A DNA stretch of 63,703 nt, counting the filler. It is 13 parts of 13 records of this genome, joined end to end, with 100 filler letters (N's around TTAATTAATTAA, not from the genome) between each part and the next. Parts side by side here need not be neighbours in the genome. Positions count along the whole stretch, not along the records: positions 55,362 to 58,254 come from SRR9188676_2378; positions 58,355 to 61,478 come from SRR9188676_2379; positions 61,579 to 63,703 come from SRR9188676_2410; 10 more parts are not named here. One strand, written 5' to 3'. Both the position numbers and the translations under genes were made by a program. The notes beneath the pieces were generated by a model. The model searched no databases. It saw nothing but the letters and a program-made list of their open reading frames with translations, and was not told where the DNA came from. How positions within the stretch are numbered: the first letter of the stretch is position 1; the number at the start of each line of letters is the position of its first letter. Below, one piece after another: positions 55,262 to 63,703 of the stretch.

Positions 55262-57110
55262 NNNNNNNNNNNNNNNNNNNNNNNNNNNNNNNNNNNNNNN
55301 NNNNNTTAATTAATTAANNNNNNNNNNNNNNNNNNNNNNNNNNNNNNNNNNNNNNNNNNNNGTCGTGGAGGGGGTCATAGAAGAGGATGAAAAAATAAGG
55401 ATAAAAAGAATATATGTAATCAAAGGTCGCAATAAGTATGCTTCTCTTTGTTTAACTATCAATCCGCGCTGCGGTGGAAAATGTGCAGCATAGGAAGGGA
55501 CTGAGTGATTGAGGAGTTATAGAAATTTATCAAGTTCTTTGCAGAATCGGCAAGAAAGCTGAGGTCTTGTAATATCAGAGTCTAATCATTCGTCAGGACG
55601 AGGTTTGGCCCAAACCAGTTCAACGTCAGTATTTGCGAGGAAGGCACTGAATTGGAAGATGCATTATGTTCTGATGAGCCTTAAAGCTTTGAGTTCATCA
55701 AAAATTGCCTGGGCTAAGAATGTAAGGTAGTTACTAAAGCCAATGATTCAATCCAGTTTGGAAATTTGGGCTGACACAAGAAAATTGGGCCAGAAGGAGT
55801 TGGCAAGAGGAGAAAAAGTCGGCCTATGCCCGGGGAGGACAGGGAAGGGGGTGGTTTTATTGTGAAGGGATATGGTAGAATGAGAATGAGTACGGAGATG
55901 TGAAGCTGAATATTCGTATAGATATCATACCTAAGATCATGTACGAGCAAAAGATATTAATTTCGCTCTTCCTTAGTTGAATGTGAATGTGGATCTCAGC
56001 ACTTTCCAAACTCCATCACCATTCCGTCGCGAATCGCTTCTAGATGTGATAGTACTAATTGATCTAGTAGTGTAACAGTAGAATCTCAGTAGTGGTATAC
56101 CAGTAGATTAGTTATATGGTAGAGATATATATTGTATATTATATTGTATGTATTAGTCTATTCAACGAGTCAGACATCTAGACTCTATTCATCTCTTAGA
56201 TATTCGTATTAGTATAGGAGTAATAGCAGGAGGTAGTATTACCACAGAGCAAAGATAATACCTAGAGTGATAGAACTAGTCAAATAAGAGGTCTAGACTA
56301 GAACATATTTCTAAAGCTACAGTCCATTCCTACAGACATAGACATGCAATGCCCAATTACTAGAACAACATAACGATACTAATGACCTGACTTCTCAACA
56401 GCTACGCTCTACTGTTTTAATTTTTGCCTCATGCTAGGTACTAGTAATATATGACTAGATTAAAGGTATAGAAGAAGATGACGCATTGGTGACAAAGACA
56501 GGATGAAGACAGACACTAGAATGAGTACTAGATACATAGACTGGATTACACTCACACACGACAGGCATAGACTACACTGATTATACGGATGGTACTGACT
56601 AGATAGATAAGAGGTACAAGACGATACAGGATACACAGGGTGACTAGACAGTGAGGTTGATGACTACCTAGATGCGATGCTACACTATAAGGAGGGAGTA
56701 CAATAGCCGATAGGCTTGACCTGTTCATCACAGTTGAAGATGCAGATGTAGCAGCAGAAGAAGAAGATGCTGAGGATGAACTCAATGCACTAGAATGATA
56801 GGAACCATGAGATGGATTAGCGAGTAAGATGAGTGGGTAGAAGGAGTTAAGTATAGTCCCAATAGAAGTGTAACAGTCGATTGATAGGTCTGTTGAATAG
56901 GTCTTATTTTAGGAATAATTACAGATTTAAGGGTTCAATCATCCAATGTCATCACCTCAATACTCACAAACATTCCAATCACGCTCGTCGACGTGTACAT
57001 TCCTACCATTCCTGCCACCATACATACGTCCATCACACTCTTCCTCGTCACATACCCTAGCATTGTCACCATCACACTCAGTCTCGAGTGTGTGCGATAG
57101 AATATGAGTG

Positions 57111-58170
57111 TCAGAGTGTGAGGGTGTGAGGGTGTGAGGATGTCAGTTCTCTCCTCTTCTGTCCTGACACCTGGACTTGATTCATTCCGAGAGCGAATAC
57201 AGCCAGTCCGATCATAACGAATGCTATTCTCGTGTATTCACAGACACTCACATTGCCCAGCTGGTCCTCGAGGATATCGAGCTCAGTTTTCGGCTTCTTC
57301 AGGCCGCTATCAGCATCAGTGTCATCGACCAGTCCAAAGTGGTCCCGAGGAGTGTGATGGGGGCTAGACACCGGAACGGACCTCGGGGACCGCACTGTGG
57401 TAGTCGCACTCCCCGTGCTGGTCACTGTGCTCGGGCATGGTGTTGCCGGTAGAGCGACATGGCTGCTACCTTGCTGAATGCTCTATGGAAATACATCAGA
57501 CAGGGACATAGATAGATAAATAAATTAATAGAAAATCGATTAATAGAGAGATACAAAGGAGAAAATATCGAGATAGCCTCACAAAAATATATGCTGGCTC
57601 CCCCTCTATGAAATGAATGAGAATATCGAGATCGGAATCTGTATTGGATGAGAGTATTGGTAGTTTTTGGTATGGCTATCAATATATAATATAAGATTCA
57701 AAAGCATACCGGCAGAGGACCGATCACGGACTGAATAGCATCGAGTCGTTCTATAAGCTTTTTATTCGCTTCAGCTTGTATGAAAAGCTGCATATAAAGG
57801 TCATTGATCTGATTCTTCTGATGCTCTAGCGCCTCCTTGAGACTCTTTTTTGATAACTGTTCAGTAGGAACGTCCTGTAGTGGTGGGGACCGTGCGTGTC
57901 TAGAACATCATCGTTGCCGAGATCAGGAAAAGGAAAAGAAAGAACAGTGAAAGCTACATACTTGTGGACTTGTGCACCAATTCCAACCAAACTTAGTGCG
58001 CCACCCAAAGAGTCGATCTTGGTTTGGAAATCAGGCTCAGTCGGCACGCCGCATCGAATCACTTTCGGTTTTTCGATATGAGGAGGGGGCGGCAAGGTTT
58101 GCGGAAGCAAAGGCGAAGACCCAATTGTACCCTGAACATTATCCAATGTAGAAGCGGCTTGTTGCTCCAT
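57111..58170 (-). CDS. Hypothetical multi-exon protein
   Basis: MEQQAAST... exon, a coiled-coil exon (LKEALEHQKNQINDLYMQL) and a Ser/Thr/Pro-rich exon, joined by in-phase GT-AG introns. 3' end uncertain. Confidence 0.55.
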
Positions 58171-58576
58171 GGCAGAGCTGGAAAATGAACTGCAAAAACT
58201 AACGAAAAAATGCACAAAAGAGAGGAGAAGGTGCTTTATTTCGGGGTCAGCCAANNNNNNNNNNNNNNNNNNNNNNNNNNNNNNNNNNNNNNNNNNNNTT
58301 AATTAATTAANNNNNNNNNNNNNNNNNNNNNNNNNNNNNNNNNNNNNNNNNNNNGTGACGTTATTACTAAATGAAATAACACAGAGAATTATGCATGTTG
58401 TTGATCGATCACGGGCGAAGTGTATGATAGTAGTCCATCATTCAATGATAAAGTATGGATGTGGTGGACATAGATTGATAAAGGAGAGGGACGGCAGCCA
58501 GAGATGGGTCAATGGAAGTTCAAAGCAAGAGTTGATTGAAAGCTAGAGCAGGTATCGACGGGATAGCAGCAGCGTA

Positions 58577-59708
58577 TTAGATGATAACGGATGGAGGGAT
58601 ATGGGTTTCAACAAGTTTGTTTGTTGAGTGGTCTAAAATATATTGAGCCCTGCAGTAATGAGGATTTTTTTTCCAAGGTAAAAAAATGGAATAGTCCGAG
58701 CCCGGGGCAAATATCCAAGAATGCCCGGAGTTTTCATTATGCTGACCCGGAACGCATTTGGACAAAGTATCTGGAACGCGGACCAAGTCAAAATTACTCG
58801 AGGTTAGCATACAAATCTGTGAGTTGTCGAAGCATAGGAGGCGGATCCGATCAGAAGAGATGATAATATTGGGGAAATGCGGATGCGGAGTGCTCCACAC
58901 TTTTACAATCGTGAAGTTCGGGTCACATTTCCGTATTTGAAAGATAAAGATTGGACGCTCATCCTTGGATGCAAGTGTCCGGGTCACGATGAAGTTGTCT
59001 GCGAAAAAAGAGAGAAATTCTTCCTTTTCTGTCTTGGAGATCAGTTCGAAAGTGGTGGAGTCGCGTGCCTCTAGATAGTTGTGGGAATGTACGATGAGAT
59101 ACTTCCCATCAGGACTGAAGACAAATTTCTCTCCCCTTGCTGGTCCGTGATTCTGCATGTGATTCGTGGTGAAATTCCAAATCACAAGATCCTTTTCCAT
59201 CAACCCAACAGCATAATTGCCATCAGGACTCAGTGCACGCATTGAGAACCCCAGCTTGCTTCCCACATACTCTCCAGTCATACCATCCCAAAGCTGGCAT
59301 TCTGTTGGATCGCTCCCCTTCTGAAAGCACATGAACCTTCCCTCGGGACTCCAAGCGTTGCCAAGGTAATCGAAAGTAATGATGAACTCACCGGTGATTG
59401 CATCCCAGATCGTTCCATGCTCACTGAGAATAAGTTTTCCTCCGTAGGCATATTTGGCAAAGCATCCTTCTGTACTTCGCGGCGTATTTTGCAGGGTGAG
59501 CAAACAGACATAGGTTTTGCCACACCAGACTCGAACAGCCCCAAGTGATGAGGTCAAAATTTTCTGTCCGTCAGGACTGAATATTGCACTAATCACGGTT
59601 GTGGTGTGCTTGAGAACTTTGATAACCTTCAGGTTGATGAGGTCTACGACGAGTACTCTGCAATTGTTTCCGCATAGCAGCATTCGTTTCGTCTCGTAAT
59701 GCACTTCC
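58577..59708 (-). CDS. WD40-repeat protein, last exon
   Basis: HTTTVISAIFSPDGQKILTSS...VRVW, TIWDAITGE, and repeated SPDG/SPEG. Splice acceptor near 59708. Confidence 0.85.
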
Positions 59709-60112
59709 TGCGTGATGAGTAGATAGGAGGAAGATACGTATGTAAAGGCAGATGGAGTGGTAGAGAGGGATGTATCGCGAGGGCCGAGGAGGAAGGGGGA
59801 GGGGACACATATCAACCAAGAGTACATTAGACAGGAATAGAAAGAGTAGAGTCAGAAAAATCACATGAAGGGGAGGTCACTCCGAGAAGCGAGACTCAGG
59901 ATCATATGCTTATTTGGCATTATGCCCAGCGAGCATCGCTCCTGAGGTAACGAATGTATTCCCCACAAATCATTAAAATAAGCTCATGATTGCCCAAATC
60001 TATTGCTAAACCTTTCCGAACAATATGAAAGTCGGGAAGAACAGGTCTTTGGACGGTTACATAGACGGGGATGAATAAGGAGAATTTCAACTTTCAGGAA
60101 GAGAATCCATGC

Positions 60113-60251
60113 TAGGCTAGTAACTTCCCGAACGGATATCCGGTCGAGTCAGTTCGAGGGTATCCGTTCGTAAACTAAAAATATCCGCTCGATCCGTTCG
60201 AAAATCCGTTCGAAAATCCGTTCGATATCTGTTCGGGAAGTTACTAGCCTA
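60113..60251. mobile_element. 139-bp hAT-type MITE with an 8-bp target-site duplication
   Basis: 28-bp TIRs TAGGCTAGTAACTTCCCGAAC(G/A)GATATC with 27/28 match. TSD ATCCATGC at 60105-60112 and 60252-60259. Internal ATCCGTTCG repeats. Confidence 0.92.
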
Positions 60252-62289
60252 ATCCATGCATGGTTGGGCACCATGTGTCATACCGAGTTCATTACGCGAG
60301 GCAGGGGCTTGGTCATCTCTTGCGCGCTAGTGGGGGGTGATTTGGACTTTGGCAGGGGGGGTGCGGTTGGAACAGCATCTCTTGGGACCAGGACAGCAGG
60401 AGAGGGCGTCACATTCTCGCAGATTGTGGTCACTGGGGAGGGAGGAGATGGATGTGATTGAGAGGACAACAAAAATCAGAAAATGATGAATGGCTAGTCC
60501 ACCCCTCCAAATGTGACGTCCAGAAGTTTGTTCTCGCAGTGGAAAACGTTTTTTCTTGAACTTGCAGCCAACTCTCTCTAATGGCAAATGGAAAAATGAA
60601 TATGCCAATGACTCGTTGGACCTTGTCTCATCTATGTTCGATTCATTCCGGAGAATCTTTCGCATGATACTTTCCATCGCTTCTATAGCTATCTGATGCT
60701 GCCGACCTCGTTTCCCATGATGTATGGGTTCTTGCGCATTGCACGTCACATGGTCACATGGTCAATGATAATGAAGGGCTATATTTTTCATTGGCCTTTA
60801 TGCAGGATGCAGGCTTTCATGGCAAGAATCGACTAAATCGATAGCTGAATGTATTTCTTACTCACCCATTTTCTCTAATTGCTTTCCAAACAAATCAAGG
60901 AAGGGTCATCTGTGTTCACATGTCTAAAAAGGTGATATCGTAGTACCTTGCTGACCGATAGCCTGGAGACCGTCACACCATGCTTCATTCTCACACCATA
61001 GTCCGCCATCACCGCTATCTCTGGGGATATTCTCAAGGGTTTCCAGCTCCTGGAAAAAAGAAGACAAAATAAAGGATTCTTAGGTTAAGAGCAAGCCGAG
61101 AAATGAAACAGTGAAACAAATTTAAAGCTATGCTTCTGACCTCTAAGGCTCGCTTTTTGAGAGATATGATGATGAAGTATGGGTTCGTTCTCTCTCAGGC
61201 CGATGTTGGACTCGCCGACCTTCATAGGTATGTGCTGCTTCATCCCAACCCAGACCATATCATACCTCATAGAAACAGTTCTCCATTCCAGGTGTGATTA
61301 GAAATGTGACAGGAAGGGCAACTTACCAAAGGAGTGAATGCAGCTATAACAACGCAGAAACAATAACAACGCAGAAACAACATCATTGCCAGGTGAGCAA
61401 GAAGAGGCAAGAGGTAAGTTCAAAAGCCAATAACTGGTGACCGGCTCGTTCTCGCCCCCCCCCCCCCCCCCCCCCCCCNNNNNNNNNNNNNNNNNNNNNN
61501 NNNNNNNNNNNNNNNNNNNNNNTTAATTAATTAANNNNNNNNNNNNNNNNNNNNNNNNNNNNNNNNNNNNNNNNNNNNCAAACAACCAGAACATTCAGTC
61601 CTCTCAGCACAGACATTTTCCATTCTTTCTTCTCAATTTTGGAATTACACTCATGATTCACATATTACATCCAAAACATATTATTTTTAAAACAAAAAAA
61701 TACCCACACCCCACTCTAAATCGAACCTTTCTCCCTCTCTCCCAACGCTCATCACTTATTTATATTGATATTCATCTTGATTCTTGTTTCTGATTTTGAC
61801 TCTCCAGAATATTTACACTCACAACACTCATATCTCAGCTCCACTATCTCGTAAATCTCAGTACAGCATCATCTCGCCATGCCATTATTCTTTCTTCATC
61901 CATTCTGTTCATCCCTTCCTTTTTATCATCGTATCATGTCCTATTTCTCTATTTTCTACTCTATTCAGTAAATATTCTAAATTCTTGTTCTAACCAAGTC
62001 ATTTTAGCATCTTTCGAAAGCCGAAAGCGATGACGCGATGCGAAGTATTGTGAGTATTGTGGATGAGTTTTCTTGTTCTGAAAGCCGAATTCATGTCCAA
62101 TTACTCATTTAATTTGTCCATACCTGTTAACGAGAGATACTCTGTGAGGAAATCTCGCAAAGGCAGCGGACCTTGGATTGCTAAAATGGTTGTTAATTTC
62201 GCGTCTCGCATTTTATAAACGGTTACGAAGTTAACGGCCGAGGAAAACATCGATGAAAAGAGGCATCGGAGATCGGTTATGACCTACAG

Positions 62290-63500
62290 AGAGCATTCAA
62301 GCCCCATATGATCGATGCCTGCCGATCTTCTGTTTGAAGGGTCGTTTCGACCACTCTCTTTCACTTGCATCTTCACACCGAAGGCTCCGATCCCAACAAA
62401 AGGTCTGAGTATAATGATTATCCGAATATTTATGGACATTTTTAAATTTATTTATATTGGTCAATAGAGCCCAGCCAGCGCGTTGGACCTGGATACTACG
62501 AATCTATCCCATCGCCACCATCTCACAGTTCTACATTTGCCAAGTCCAAATCCCGCGGCCAGATCCCTCACTATCGTACGCTTTATGATTTGTATGCTTC
62601 TACATAATTATGTATTAACTCGACTCTCGAAATTCCTGGTTTTCAGGGCTAACTGGACCTGGTCCGACGACGTATACACCACGTCATGTGCTTGTCCAAC
62701 AGAACCCGGAAGTGCACTCTTTCTCAACTCCTTCCTTCCGTAAGTCGCATTTATATTCATCATGTGATTCAAACCTCGATACGTTTTGGGAATATAGTCA
62801 TGAATAGAAACAGGAATAGAATCGAGTGCTTCTCAACATACAACACACTATCTACATCCAAATTGGAAATGCACCTGTCTTCTCGACCCCGTTTTCCTGC
62901 AAGACGCATTCATATCGGTAATGTGATCCAATCATTTCCCGCTTTCCTGTAAGTCCGCCTCACTCGCCCAATCACCTGTCTTCAGCTATCATTTCTCCTC
63001 GTACGTCGCAGGAATCTCCATGATGTGATTCGATCCTCTCCCTCATTTGGACTACTGTAAATCAAAACCGACCAACACACTGACCCCCCATCGTTGCGGC
63101 TGACGCGAGAATAGCATAGAATCTCTGTGAACACGGAGGTAAGAAGGGTCAAATTTGTCCTTCCTCTTCCTTTACGTTTATGATATTTACTAGTTTATGA
63201 GCTTCCAGCTGCCCTCCTGTACTGGCAAACATAAGAGCGAGAGAGAGTCTCGATCTGGGCAGCACCACGCCCCACCCAAAATATAGCCGATTTGTTTGAT
63301 CCCTTGCTCGGCTCTATATTTCTCTCTATCTTTTACGCTGAGTTCATTTCTTTCTTTTTATATGTATCCTCCCGTTACGGTCCAGGCAAGCATAAGAGCG
63401 AGAGCGAGCCTGGACCCGGGCAGTATGGCACACCACCCAAGATGTATCCTGCGTCCCCACGGTACTCCATTGGTGCTCGGTTATGGCAACCTGAACGTAT
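62290..63500 (+). CDS. SHIPPO/PGP-repeat (ODF3/STPG-like) axonemal protein, multi-exon, partial
   Basis: Exons encoding RVGPGYY, TGPGPTTY and EPGPGQYG...PRYSIGAR. Confidence 0.65.
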
Positions 63501-63703
63501 GTCTGATGTATATTTGTGTGTGTATGTGTGCGTATGTGATATATAGATCTGTATGTGTTTATGTAAATTCTGTAGATTATGTTGGCTATGTAAGTTATCC
63601 TGCGTCCCCATTATGCCGTTGATGTGCGGCTGTGGCAACCTGAACATACATATACTGTACATGTGGATGTATTTGTGTGTGTATGTGTGTCTGTATGTAT
63701 GTA

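Noticed and set aside
6783-61578. Recurrent TTAATTAATTAA inside N-runs as a biological repeat
   Set aside because: It is an identical 100-bp linker with stops in all six frames, a concatenation artefact. ORFs running into X-runs are truncated by it.
31124-63703. Alternative genetic code in the eukaryote, suggested by many short ORFs
   Set aside because: RSPH9, PanE, PI4KA and the TPR gene reassemble with GT-AG introns and standard stop codons. The 2.5-kb REJ frame has no in-frame stop.
1-63703. CRISPR array, rRNA or tRNA genes
   Set aside because: No regularly spaced direct repeats with unique spacers, and no recognisable rRNA or tRNA signatures.

Overview
The window is not one locus. It is 13 separate contigs joined by identical 100-bp artificial spacers (N44-TTAATTAATTAA-N44). 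Contig 2 (6883-31023) is AT-rich, gene-dense Bacteroidota DNA (Cytophagales-like, by inference). Its housekeeping core contains frr, pyrH, a biotin carrier protein, an EamA transporter, dusB, cdsA, a thioesterase, a PorE-like OmpA protein and queE. Accessory DNA flanks this core: an Amj flippase, an AraC regulator plus a Tet(X)-like flavin monooxygenase, rtcB transcribed divergently from a WYL regulator, SnoaL/HxlR genes, a YafY-WYL/epoxide hydrolase/YdeI module and a SMI1-KNR4/DUF4304 pair. Several accessory modules are bounded by degenerate integron-attC-like sites, although no integrase is present in the window. The other 12 contigs are eukaryotic, most simply from a flagellated microbial eukaryote; the reconstructable genes have short GT-AG introns and use the standard code. 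They carry RSPH9, the N-terminus of PI4KA, a REJ-domain protein with bacterial-adhesin-like repeats, ketopantoate reductase, RING, TPR, WD40 and SHIPPO-repeat genes, decayed DIRS-like and Tc1/IS630-like elements, and an intact hAT-type MITE. The best candidates for an under-described system are (i) WYL-controlled RtcB RNA repair with a visible operator and promoter geometry shared by a second WYL module, and (ii) integrase-less attC-like gene cassettes in Bacteroidota. All family calls come from motif recognition; no searches were run.
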